Below are positions 9,464 to 17,326 of a stretch of 64,000 nucleotides of DNA, one piece after another. The notes under the pieces are model-generated. The model worked only from the letters and a program-made list of their open reading frames with translations, did no database searches and was not told the DNA's origin. Numbering within the stretch: position 1 is the first letter of the stretch; each line of letters begins with the position of its first letter. The stretch covers positions 86,517 through 150,516 of the forward strand of contig PCWN01000007.1 in assembly GCA_002787355.1 (NCBI GenBank), read 5' to 3'. The position numbers and the translations under genes were made by a program. The stretch is from Candidatus Magasanikbacteria bacterium CG11_big_fil_rev_8_21_14_0_20_39_34. GTDB lineage: Bacteria; Patescibacteriota; Patescibacteriia; Magasanikbacterales; UBA922.

Positions 9464-10006
9464 ATGAAGAGTGTAACATTTATAACCGGAAACCAAGATA
9501 AAGCGGATTATTTGGAAAAATATCTTGGTTATCCTGTGGATCATGTAAAGTTAGATTTGGATGAAATTCAATCAATGGATCTGAAAGAAATTGTGGAACA
9601 TAAAATAAAGCAGGCGTATCAGTCAATACAAAAACCGGTTATTGTAGAAGATGTTTCATTGGAGTTTGCAGCGTTGAATGGTTTACCGGGACCATTCATT
9701 CGTTTTTTTGTAGATAAGGTTCCGTTTAAGAGCATTTGTTCAATGATTCCTCCTCAATCACGTGCGGCAACGGCACGTTGTGTTTTTGGGTATTATGATG
9801 GAAATATATTGAAACTTTTTGAGGGATCACTTAATGGAACCATTGCAGAAGAGCCTGCCGGTGAAAATGGTTTTGGTTGGGACAAGATATTTATTCCAGA
9901 TGGATACTCTGTCACTCGTGCATCTCTGAGTGAAGAAGATGACAAAAAAACATATTTGCAAGTTAAACCTTTTGCAAAACTGAAGGAATTTCTTCTATCA
10001 GAATAG
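9464..10006 (+). CDS. rdgB: non-canonical purine NTP pyrophosphatase (Ham1/RdgB/ITPase family)
   Basis: FITGNQDKADYLEKYLG N-terminus and the FGWD/GYS blocks of the Ham1 family. Confidence 0.75.
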   Translation: MKSVTFITGNQDKADYLEKYLGYPVDHVKLDLDEIQSMDLKEIVEHKIKQAYQSIQKPVIVEDVSLEFAALNGLPGPFIRFFVDKVPFKSICSMIPPQSRAATARCVFGYYDGNILKLFEGSLNGTIAEEPAGENGFGWDKIFIPDGYSVTRASLSEEDDKKTYLQVKPFAKLKEFLLSE

Positions 10007-10030
10007 GAAAGGGAAAGCCAATTTTTTTAC

Positions 10031-10933
10031 ATGAAAGAAATAGAGAAGAAAATTCGGGAATATATATGTGCATATGAAGGTCCAAAAAGGATGGCTTTGT
10101 CGAGGCGGTATCCTTTTCTTCGTGGACCTATTATTTTTTTTAGGCATTTTCTACGAAATATCCAAAATTTTTTTGATCAAAATATACAGTATAGAAGGGA
10201 AAAAAGTTTTTTTGAATGTGTGGTTGCCAGACATCAGTCTGTGTTGAGACGTAAACTGGGACAGAGTAACCCAAGGTTGCAGGAGCAAAAAATAACAAAC
10301 TTAAAACATGCTATTGATAAGCTCAATGGTATAGTCATAGAACCTAACCATATTTTTTCCTTTTGGGACATTGTAGGAAAACCAAGATATAAGGACGGAT
10401 ATGTAGATGGGATGTTGCTATCCAATGGGGAAGTGGTAGAAGGCATTGGAGGTGGTCTTTGCCAACTTTCTAACTTTCTGTATTGGATTTTTTTACATAC
10501 TTCTACCGAAATTGTAGAAAGGCATCATCATTCCAAGGATGTATTTCCAGACTCTGGAAGAGTACTTCCATTTGGAGGAGGGGCAACTATCTTGTATAAT
10601 TTTATTGACCTCCAAGTAAGGAATACGTCGAATTATCCGCTCCAGGTAAAAATATGGTTAACAGAGGACCATTTGGAGGGGCAGCTATATTCACCCCATC
10701 AATCGATGGAAAAATTTCATATAGGAGAAAAGAACCATTTTTTTGTAAAAAGAGGAAATCACTACTTCCGTTATAATGAAATCTATAGGGAAAAATTCAA
10801 AGATGGAGTTCTCTTAAAAACAGAAAACATAGTTACCAACTTTGCACCGGTACTCTATGAGGTCACGGAAGATTATATACAAAAAAATCATTTTAAGGTT
10901 TTAGATTTTTCTCATGTAAATTGTGACAAATAA
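10031..10933 (+). CDS. VanW family protein
   Basis: The GGGLCQLSNFLYW motif is diagnostic for the VanW domain; 300 aa. Confidence 0.7.
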   Translation: MKEIEKKIREYICAYEGPKRMALSRRYPFLRGPIIFFRHFLRNIQNFFDQNIQYRREKSFFECVVARHQSVLRRKLGQSNPRLQEQKITNLKHAIDKLNGIVIEPNHIFSFWDIVGKPRYKDGYVDGMLLSNGEVVEGIGGGLCQLSNFLYWIFLHTSTEIVERHHHSKDVFPDSGRVLPFGGGATILYNFIDLQVRNTSNYPLQVKIWLTEDHLEGQLYSPHQSMEKFHIGEKNHFFVKRGNHYFRYNEIYREKFKDGVLLKTENIVTNFAPVLYEVTEDYIQKNHFKVLDFSHVNCDK

Positions 10934-10936
10934 AAT

Positions 10937-11470
10937 ATGAGTATGGATTTAACACAAGTAAAAATAGAAACAGGACGTCTGCTTCTTGTACCTGTTTCCA
11001 CAGAATATACCGAACAGCTTTTTTCTGGTTATCGTGAACCTGTTATTCAATATATGAATCACGGCCCCGCAGAAAGTTTAGAGGTATTAAAAGAAAGAAT
11101 TTTACAGAAAGAGAAAGATACGAAGGATGGATTGCAACTTCCTTTGGTTGTGCTGAATAAGGAAACAAAAGAGTTTCTTGGTTCATTTGTATTGGAGGAT
11201 CTGGACGGAAGAACTCCTGAGATGGGGGGATGGTTAAAAGAGTCTGCACTTGGAAATCACTACGGTCAGGAAGCTACCGCAGCATTGAAAAATTGGGCAG
11301 ATGAAAATCTTGATTTTGACTACATTATATGGCCATGTGTAGCTACGAATGTTCCAAGCAGAAAACTCGCAGAGTCCCTGGGTGGGAGGGTAGAGAAAGA
11401 ATATGAAAAAAAGACGGCAAGGGGAAAGGTCTGGCCATACGTGGAATACTGGATTTCAAAAAAGTTGTAA
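10937..11470 (+). CDS. GNAT family N-acetyltransferase (RimJ/RimL-like)
   Basis: RLLLVPVSTEYTEQLF N-terminus and the HYGQEATAALKNWADENL acetyl-CoA binding region. Confidence 0.6.
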   Translation: MSMDLTQVKIETGRLLLVPVSTEYTEQLFSGYREPVIQYMNHGPAESLEVLKERILQKEKDTKDGLQLPLVVLNKETKEFLGSFVLEDLDGRTPEMGGWLKESALGNHYGQEATAALKNWADENLDFDYIIWPCVATNVPSRKLAESLGGRVEKEYEKKTARGKVWPYVEYWISKKL

Positions 11471-11472
11471 AA

Positions 11473-11880
11473 ATGTTTTGTATGGATGATAAAGATGAAA
11501 TTTTTGTAAAAAATTCAGTCTTAGAAGGGACTGGGGTTTTTGCGGCCAAAAATTTTAAAAAAGGAGAGGCCGTAACGAAATGGAAAATACAAAAAATATT
11601 AACACACAAGCAGGTACAAAATTTGAGTGAGGAGGAATCCAAATATGTTTCTCAAGTAGGAAAAGATGCCTTTATTATTATTGGAGAGCCGGAAAGGTAT
11701 ATCAATCACTCCTGTAGTCCAAATACACAGATACAGGGTAACTCAGATATTGCTATAAGGGATATAAGAAAAGGTGAAGAGATAACATCAGACTATTCAA
11801 AAGAAGAATATCCGGCCCCATTTACTTGTAACTGTGGGGAAATAAATTGCAAAAAAGACATTGGAAAAATTTTTTCTTAA
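11473..11880 (+). CDS. SET-domain protein (putative lysine methyltransferase)
   Basis: GTGVFAAKNFKKGE (GxG), RYINHSCSPN (NHSCxPN), EEITSDY (ELxFDY) and post-SET Cys cluster CNCGEINC. Confidence 0.7.
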   Translation: MFCMDDKDEIFVKNSVLEGTGVFAAKNFKKGEAVTKWKIQKILTHKQVQNLSEEESKYVSQVGKDAFIIIGEPERYINHSCSPNTQIQGNSDIAIRDIRKGEEITSDYSKEEYPAPFTCNCGEINCKKDIGKIFS

Positions 11881-11891
11881 ATTTTATTTCT

Positions 11892-12386
11892 ATGGCGGAC
11901 TTTGATCTTACAAAAAATGCAAAAAAAGTAATAGAAGATATAATCTATATTACTATTGCTACCTGTGATAGCGATGGTCAACCATGGAACTCCCCCGTAT
12001 ATTCTGCATTTGATAAAGAATATCAATTTTATTGGGCATCTTGGAAAGAAAATCAGCATTCAAGAAATATACGAGAAAATAAAAATGTTTTTGTGGTGAT
12101 TTATGATTCTACGGTTCCTGAAAGTACTGGGTTTGGTGTATATATGAGAGGAACGGCATATCAACTTGGGAAAAGAAATATGGTAGAAATCATAAAAGCA
12201 TTGAAACTGTTGTATGTTCGAAAAGAAAAAAAACCAAAAAAACCTGAAGAGTTTTTAGGTATATTACCCAGACGAATTTATAAATTTGTACCAGAACAAA
12301 TATGGGTAAATTCTTGTGGAGATATAAAAGGAAATTTTGTTGACTCAAGAACTGATATCACCTCAGAAATTCTGAATTCGCTATGA
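11892..12386 (+). CDS. pyridoxamine 5'-phosphate oxidase-like FMN-binding split-barrel protein
   Basis: ITIATCDSDGQPWNSPVYSAFD...FYWASW pattern; start ATG 11892 within ORF 11847..12386. Confidence 0.5.
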   Translation: MADFDLTKNAKKVIEDIIYITIATCDSDGQPWNSPVYSAFDKEYQFYWASWKENQHSRNIRENKNVFVVIYDSTVPESTGFGVYMRGTAYQLGKRNMVEIIKALKLLYVRKEKKPKKPEEFLGILPRRIYKFVPEQIWVNSCGDIKGNFVDSRTDITSEILNSL

Positions 12387-12790
12387 AAAAAATATTAGTA
12401 AACATTATTTTTGGAATACACGTTTGTGTTTTTTTATTTTTTCCCCTCGCTTTTTTTATTCCTGCAAGTGTATGGGAAAAAAGGATTGAATTTCATTTTT
12501 GGTATTGTTTTTCGCTTTTCATGCTCTTTTATCTTTGGGGAATGTTATGGACGCTCAGACGAAAAGATAAAATATACTCCATCTGTATACTGGATACACT
12601 AATGCAATATTTGAGAGGATATTCTATGTGGGATCCTAAAAACTATGAGCACTCCTTTGTAGAGGAAATGACTACAAGATTTGGAAGGCTAAGACTGGCA
12701 AATGAACGTATACCATTACTTTTGCTTATTTGTATTATTTTATCGGCTGGACTATACTTGCTTAAACTTGAGGGGGTTATACTCTATTAA
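12383..12790 (+). CDS. hypothetical membrane protein
   Basis: 135 aa, 3-4 TM. Confidence 0.35.
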   Translation: MKKILVNIIFGIHVCVFLFFPLAFFIPASVWEKRIEFHFWYCFSLFMLFYLWGMLWTLRRKDKIYSICILDTLMQYLRGYSMWDPKNYEHSFVEEMTTRFGRLRLANERIPLLLLICIILSAGLYLLKLEGVILY

Positions 12791-12837
12791 CGAAAAAAGT
12801 ACACTTAATTATATAAAAAAATAAGCAGAAGAACCAT

Positions 12838-13239
12838 ATGCATAGTGAAGAACAAAGAAGACAAACATTAGAGATGGCTTTAACAGAATTTGAGCGGGAT
12901 GAATTTGATGCCGGTGCTAGGTTAACCAGAGATGCGTATAATGTGTGGAATAATATAAAATTATGGTTTGAACTTCGAGATGATATGGGGGATGAAATTG
13001 GGGAATTACAGCCTTTAGAGCATTACGAGCAATATTATAGAAGAACAAGAGCGGAAAGACCCGGAAATGTAGATGCATTAATGATGAGAAGTGACGCTAC
13101 TGCGGTTGCAGAATTTGATGCGCTTGTGGATGAATTTAATAACAATTTAGATTCGATTTTAACAGGTGGTATTGAAGAGGCAAAAAAATATATTGGAAGA
13201 GCAAAGGCGCTTATTGATTCAAATAAGTCTGAAAAATAA
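12838..13239 (+). CDS. hypothetical acidic protein
   Basis: 133 aa, helical and acidic, no family recognised. Confidence 0.4.
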   Translation: MHSEEQRRQTLEMALTEFERDEFDAGARLTRDAYNVWNNIKLWFELRDDMGDEIGELQPLEHYEQYYRRTRAERPGNVDALMMRSDATAVAEFDALVDEFNNNLDSILTGGIEEAKKYIGRAKALIDSNKSEK

Positions 13240-13241
13240 TT

Positions 13242-13631
13242 ATGCAAAAAAATTGGAATACACTTACAAAAGTACATGAATTTCGCTTTAAAATGTATCC
13301 CAAAAATTTTGACCTTGTGAAAAATTTTTACAGAGAGATTCTTCAGTTTCCCATTATTGAAGAATGGAATACCGCTTCAGACGATAGAGGGGTTATGTTT
13401 GATACCGGAAGTTGTACTGTGGAGTTATTATCACCGGAAGGGGGGTACTATCCCATACAGGGGTGTAGTCTTTCTTTTGAGGTTAAAGATGTTTGGAAAC
13501 TTTGGGAAAAATTTGAAGGTCAAAGTTATGTAGTTTTCTCTATTCGGCATAATGAATGGGGAGACACTTCGTTTAAAATTTCTGATCCGGAAGGTTTGCC
13601 AATTACTTTTTTTACAAAAGATAACGTGTAA
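13242..13631 (+). CDS. VOC family (glyoxalase-like) protein, second copy
   Basis: Single VOC module fold pattern (KMYPKNFDLVKNFYREIL..., C-terminal DPEGLPITFF). Confidence 0.5.
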   Translation: MQKNWNTLTKVHEFRFKMYPKNFDLVKNFYREILQFPIIEEWNTASDDRGVMFDTGSCTVELLSPEGGYYPIQGCSLSFEVKDVWKLWEKFEGQSYVVFSIRHNEWGDTSFKISDPEGLPITFFTKDNV

Positions 13632-13638
13632 AATTTGT

Positions 13639-14232
13639 ATGGATGAAAAAATGGATAGACTTATTGCAGATATATTAAAATTAAAGCAACCACTCATTAT
13701 AGGCGTGTCTGGTTTTGGCGGATCAGGAAAATCTACTTTTGCAAAATATTTGGCAAAAAAATTAGATGCTCCGGTTGTGGGTGTAGATTCTTTTTGTACC
13801 AGTAATCTTCATCTTGGACATAAGCTTTGGGATATTATGGATTATGAGAGAATGGAAAAGGAAGTACTCATACCGGTACAACAGGGGGAGTCAGATATAA
13901 AATATGGAGAGTATGGTTGGGATAAGAGTGAAGAAACTCATGTGGTTGAGATTCATTTTAAGGGTATTCTCGTGGTAGAAGGTGTTGGTCTTTTTAGACC
14001 GAGTTTGCGAAAATACTTTTCTTTCACCTTTTGGATAGACTGTCCAATTGATGAAGCAATGGAACGAGGAAAAAAAAGAGACAAAGAATTGTATGGCAAT
14101 CCTCAAGATTTCCTTTGGGATGGTATATGGAAAGAACAGGATCAAGAATGTTTTGAAAAATTTTTGCCAAAAGAATATGTAGACCACATTATTGATCATT
14201 CAAAAGTAGGGGAATGGGTTATTGAAAAATAA
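13639..14232 (+). CDS. P-loop kinase of the uridine kinase/phosphoribulokinase family
   Basis: Walker A IIGVSGFGGSGKSTFAKYL; ATG 13639 within ORF 13552..14232. Confidence 0.55.
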   Translation: MDEKMDRLIADILKLKQPLIIGVSGFGGSGKSTFAKYLAKKLDAPVVGVDSFCTSNLHLGHKLWDIMDYERMEKEVLIPVQQGESDIKYGEYGWDKSEETHVVEIHFKGILVVEGVGLFRPSLRKYFSFTFWIDCPIDEAMERGKKRDKELYGNPQDFLWDGIWKEQDQECFEKFLPKEYVDHIIDHSKVGEWVIEK

Positions 14233-14650
14233 ATGTATGAAAAAAACTCTTATCCATGCCGCAGGATGTTTTATGGAATATGATGGAGAATTCATTATTC
14301 TTTTAAGAAATTCAGAAAAACCTGATGGAAATACTTGGGGACTGCCTGCGGGAAAAATAGATTCTGGTGAGACTCCTCTTGGTTGTATTGTCCGTGAAAT
14401 CAAAGAAGAAACTGGATATACGACTGAACCAGAAGAGCTGAAATTTTTGGGGAAATATGAATATTCGTTCCCAGAGTTTAACCTTGTATTTTTTACATAC
14501 AAATTATGTCTCCAAGAACGAATTAAAATCGTATACAGTGAGAGAGAGCATAGAGATTGGATGTATGTATCTGCAGATAATTGTTATAGTATGAAAAATT
14601 TGGTTCGTGGACTTCATGATGTTATAAAGCGGACTGGTTATATAAAATAA
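14222..14650 (+). CDS. NUDIX hydrolase (paralog of 2787..3233)
   Basis: Nudix box GKIDSGETPLGCIVREIKEETGY; N-terminus MKNKC parallels MKNKEC of the first copy. Confidence 0.7.
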   Translation: MKNKCMKKTLIHAAGCFMEYDGEFIILLRNSEKPDGNTWGLPAGKIDSGETPLGCIVREIKEETGYTTEPEELKFLGKYEYSFPEFNLVFFTYKLCLQERIKIVYSEREHRDWMYVSADNCYSMKNLVRGLHDVIKRTGYIK

Positions 14651-14669
14651 AAAAACTCTCATCCGAGAG
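14646..14669 (-). terminator. rho-independent terminator of the GC-rich minus-strand cassette
   Basis: Minus-strand sense CTCTCGGATGAGAG followed by a U-run (plus strand AAAAAAACTCTCATCCGAGAG). Confidence 0.5.
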
Positions 14670-14719
14670 ATTGTGCGACGACCCGAAGAGGTGGGGGATC
14701 CGGGTCGCGGCGAAGGGGG

Positions 14720-14986
14720 CTAGCGGAGGCGTGGCTGCCGCCGAGGAGGAGAGAAGAGGAAGCGGTAGATGGAGTAGATGATCACCACCGTGATGATGAG
14801 GGCGCAGATCTTGGCAGCTTCCTCGGATGGCCACCAGGGGATGAGGTTGAGGCCGAGCCCTGCATCCAGGGTCACCGTCCCCAGGATGAGGTGGCAGAAG
14901 ATAGCAAACACCCGCACGGAGAGCGGGTACTCTTGGGCGGTTTGCTTCCACGTGTTCCCGGTGGTCGTTCTCGCGGTGCCGTGCAT
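14720..14986 (-). CDS. small two-TM membrane protein encoded in a compositionally foreign (GC3-rich) ORF
   Basis: 89 aa, MHGTARTTTGNTWKQ...RQPRLR. Strong GC3 codon periodicity, SD AAGGAGGAG 6 nt before the ATG at 14986, own promoter and terminator. Confidence 0.55.
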   Translation of the reverse strand: MHGTARTTTGNTWKQTAQEYPLSVRVFAIFCHLILGTVTLDAGLGLNLIPWWPSEEAAKICALIITVVIIYSIYRFLFSPPRRQPRLR

Positions 14987-15018
14987 GGGTCTCCTCCTTA
15001 TCATGCGTGGCCGCGCCT

Positions 15019-15047
15019 ATTTTTACAGATTTTTACAAAAAAGTCAA
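15019..15047 (-). promoter_or_regulatory. sigma70-like promoter (TTGACT-16/17-TAAAAAT) driving the GC-rich small ORF
   Basis: Minus-strand TTGACTTTTTTGTAAAAATCTGTAAAAATAGG about 35 nt upstream of the SD. Confidence 0.45.
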
Positions 15048-15120
15048 TTTTTCTTTTAAAACAAGTCTTTTCAAGTAGAAGAAAATTCTATACAATGGAG
15101 ATGGAATAGAAAAATATTTT

Positions 15121-15630
15121 ATGAAACATGCCAAAAAATTTTGGTCACTTATGAAAATATGTTTAGCAATTTTATTTTTTTGCTTTGTTTTGATTCTCAT
15201 GAGTATCTACACACCTAAAGATAAAAAAGAAGACATGCGCTTGCCTATACCTGGAATTTATCTTGGGGATTCGGGCCTGTGTAATGCAACGGAATGTTTT
15301 CCAGAAACAAGTATTTCTATGAAACTTATGAATGGAGCGGAAGTGACACACACATATGTGTGGAACAAAAATTTTCAAGAGGAGGTTCTTTTTTCTACAG
15401 ACTCACCACAGCGGCTTACCGAGGTTGGTTCTCAGGAAGATGACACATTTTTTGCGCCTATTGATAAACGGGATGTCCTCTATCAAGAAAATCCGTTTTT
15501 TATGGATCTTGAGGGAAAATTTTTTTTGAAAGAAAAAGATTATTTAATCTATCCACTTCTCTTTTGGAAAAATTCGGATAATACATGGATTGAGCTTATA
15601 AATAAGAATTTTATCCATCCTATGGACTGA
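15121..15630 (+). CDS. hypothetical secreted/membrane-anchored protein
   Basis: N-terminal signal anchor ICLAILFFCFVLILM; no family. Confidence 0.4.
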   Translation: MKHAKKFWSLMKICLAILFFCFVLILMSIYTPKDKKEDMRLPIPGIYLGDSGLCNATECFPETSISMKLMNGAEVTHTYVWNKNFQEEVLFSTDSPQRLTEVGSQEDDTFFAPIDKRDVLYQENPFFMDLEGKFFLKEKDYLIYPLLFWKNSDNTWIELINKNFIHPMD

Positions 15631-15654
15631 AATATAATTTCTATACCAAAATAT

Positions 15655-16089
15655 ATGCATTATCAACATAAACAAATTGGATACCTCATGATATATATGC
15701 TTTCAGGAATAAGTATTCTTTTTTTGTGGAGTATAAAAATTTCAGGTTTTAACCCTCTCACTTTTATTGGTATGTTTGTTGTTTTTGGTATTGTTTTTTC
15801 TTTTACTTCTCTGAGTGTGACCATTGATCAACAATTTTTAAAGATTCAGTTTGGCTATGGCCTTTATAAAAAAAGTTTTATTTTATCTGAGATTACTTCT
15901 GTGAAGGAAGTAAAAAATCATTGGTATTATGGCTATGGCGTTCGAGTATGGTGGTGGCCATATATGTGGATCTACAATGTATCTGGATTTGATGCCGTGG
16001 AAATTATTCTCAAGAATGGCCGAAGATACCGGGTCGGGACAGATGAACCGCAAAAATTAGCAGAAGCATTAAGAAGGAGTATTTTGTAA
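15655..16089 (+). CDS. hypothetical membrane protein (2 TM + bacterial PH-like C-terminal region)
   Basis: 144 aa; two N-terminal TM helices then a soluble W/Y-rich domain. Confidence 0.35.
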   Translation: MHYQHKQIGYLMIYMLSGISILFLWSIKISGFNPLTFIGMFVVFGIVFSFTSLSVTIDQQFLKIQFGYGLYKKSFILSEITSVKEVKNHWYYGYGVRVWWWPYMWIYNVSGFDAVEIILKNGRRYRVGTDEPQKLAEALRRSIL

Positions 16090-16107
16090 AATGAGATAAA
16101 TCTTCAC

Positions 16108-16656
16108 ATGAATAAAAATATTAAGATTCTCCTTTTGGGAGCAAACATTTGGTTTTTTGGTGAAGGTCTCTTGGGTCCACTTTTTGCGGTATATACCCAA
16201 AAAGTTGGAGGAGATGTTTTAGATATTTCTTGGGCATGGGCAACATATCTTATCCTTGCTGGGTGTCTTTATATTCTTGTTGGAAAGTTAACGGATAAGC
16301 ATAATAATAAAGAAAAGGTGATGGTTATTGGGTATGCATTAAATGCTATAATGACGTTTGGATATCTACTTGTTTCTGTCCCTTGGCATCTTTTTGTGGT
16401 ACAGGCTGGATTGGGAGTCGCTGTTGCTATGTCCACTCCAACGTGGAATGCTTTATATGCGAAGTATAGTGATAAAGAGTATGATGGATTTCTTTGGGGG
16501 CTTGCCGGAGGGATGGCACAAATTTGTACGGGATTAGCCATAATTGTTGGTGGATATATTGTGAGTTATGGTTCTTTCAAAATATTATTTATAACCATGG
16601 GGACACTTCAGACAATATCAACGATATATCAGGCACAAATACTTAAAAATAACTGA
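16108..16656 (+). CDS. half-size (6-TM) MFS-type transporter domain protein
   Basis: 182 aa with 6 TM and a GKLTDKHNNKEK loop resembling the MFS TM8-9 G-x-L-x-D-R/K motif; no partner half nearby. Confidence 0.45.
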   Translation: MNKNIKILLLGANIWFFGEGLLGPLFAVYTQKVGGDVLDISWAWATYLILAGCLYILVGKLTDKHNNKEKVMVIGYALNAIMTFGYLLVSVPWHLFVVQAGLGVAVAMSTPTWNALYAKYSDKEYDGFLWGLAGGMAQICTGLAIIVGGYIVSYGSFKILFITMGTLQTISTIYQAQILKNN

Positions 16657-16685
16657 AACTATCATTTTTTACAAATAAATACAAT

Positions 16686-17024
16686 ATGCCCAATCATAGT
16701 GTAGGGATTCATCATCATATTAAAAGGAAACAAAAAAGAAAAGAATCCTTTTTAGAAAATTCATTTACAAAACAGTTCATTGATCGAGCTATCTATTTTG
16801 TGGGTTTCTTTGGTCCTATCATGACCCTTCCGCAACTTTCCAAAATATGGTTGGAAAAAAATGCAGAGGGAGTTTCTGCGGTTTCTTGGGGGGCCTATAT
16901 TATAGTAGCTATATTTTGGGTTTTATATGGTCTTATTCATAAAGAAAAACCTTTAGTGGTGATATCTTTGGTATGGATAGTTTTAGAATTTATGATTGTT
17001 ACCGGTACATTGATGTATGGCTAG
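16686..17024 (+). CDS. SemiSWEET / PQ-loop family small sugar transporter
   Basis: 112 aa, 3 TM, conserved PQ motif (GPIMTLPQLSKIW). Confidence 0.6.
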   Translation: MPNHSVGIHHHIKRKQKRKESFLENSFTKQFIDRAIYFVGFFGPIMTLPQLSKIWLEKNAEGVSAVSWGAYIIVAIFWVLYGLIHKEKPLVVISLVWIVLEFMIVTGTLMYG

Positions 17025-17118
17025 TCGTATTTTTGTAATATTTCTTATTCTAGGAAAGACTTGAAAAAATATTGAGAAATTGGTATTCTATAAACCGTTA
17101 AATCTTATAGTATTGTGT

Positions 17119-17283
17119 ATGAAATGTATTTGCGTTGAATGCAAAAATGAAGTGGATCTCTCAGATTACACTCATATAAAAGAAGGACAAATCATAGAAT
17201 GTAATACCTGTGGTATAACTCTGTGTGTACTTGCTACCAATGATGGAGTGGTAGATGTAGAGGTTGCAGACGAAGGAAAATAG
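17119..17283 (+). CDS. LysW-like zinc-ribbon small protein
   Basis: 54 aa, MKCICVECKNEV...IIECNTCGITL with CxxC...CxxCG and an acidic tail; same architecture as LysW/ArgW amino-group carrier proteins, but the C-terminal residue is Lys. Confidence 0.4.
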   Translation: MKCICVECKNEVDLSDYTHIKEGQIIECNTCGITLCVLATNDGVVDVEVADEGK

Positions 17284-17289
17284 ACCATA

Positions 17290-17322
17290 AAAAAAGAAAG
17301 GACGTTGCCTTTCTTTTTTTAT
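17290..17322. terminator. bidirectional rho-independent terminator between convergent genes
   Basis: AAAGAAAGGACGTTGCCTTTCTTT flanked by an A-run and a T-run. Confidence 0.6.
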
Positions 17323-17326
17323 TCAT

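Noticed and set aside
14670-15010. Possibility that the GC-rich blocks are structured ncRNA genes (RNase P RNA, tmRNA, SRP RNA, which are GC-rich even in AT-rich genomes)
   Set aside because: No RNase P P4 (GGAAAGUCCGG), tmRNA or SRP conserved motifs were seen. The sequence has clear 3-nt codon periodicity with GC at third positions, indicating protein coding.
14622-15109. ORFs 14622..14951(-), 14778..15059(+), 14891..15109(+) within the first GC-rich block
   Set aside because: GC-rich DNA lacks stop codons in several frames. Only the minus-strand frame 14986..14720 shows GC3 codon periodicity, an SD and a promoter/terminator, so the others are taken as frame artefacts.
16108-16656. Calling the 182-aa protein a complete MFS transporter
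   Set aside because: Only six TM helices and no second half in the flanking DNA. Reported as a half-MFS/possible remnant.
17080-17283. Longer start (17080) for the LysW-like peptide, and a firm functional call as a lysine-biosynthesis amino-group carrier
   Set aside because: The N-terminal extension MVFYKPLNLIVLC has no counterpart in LysW-like proteins, so ATG 17119 (MKCICVEC) is preferred. A carrier function is not asserted because the C-terminal residue is Lys and no LysX/Z/Y genes are nearby.
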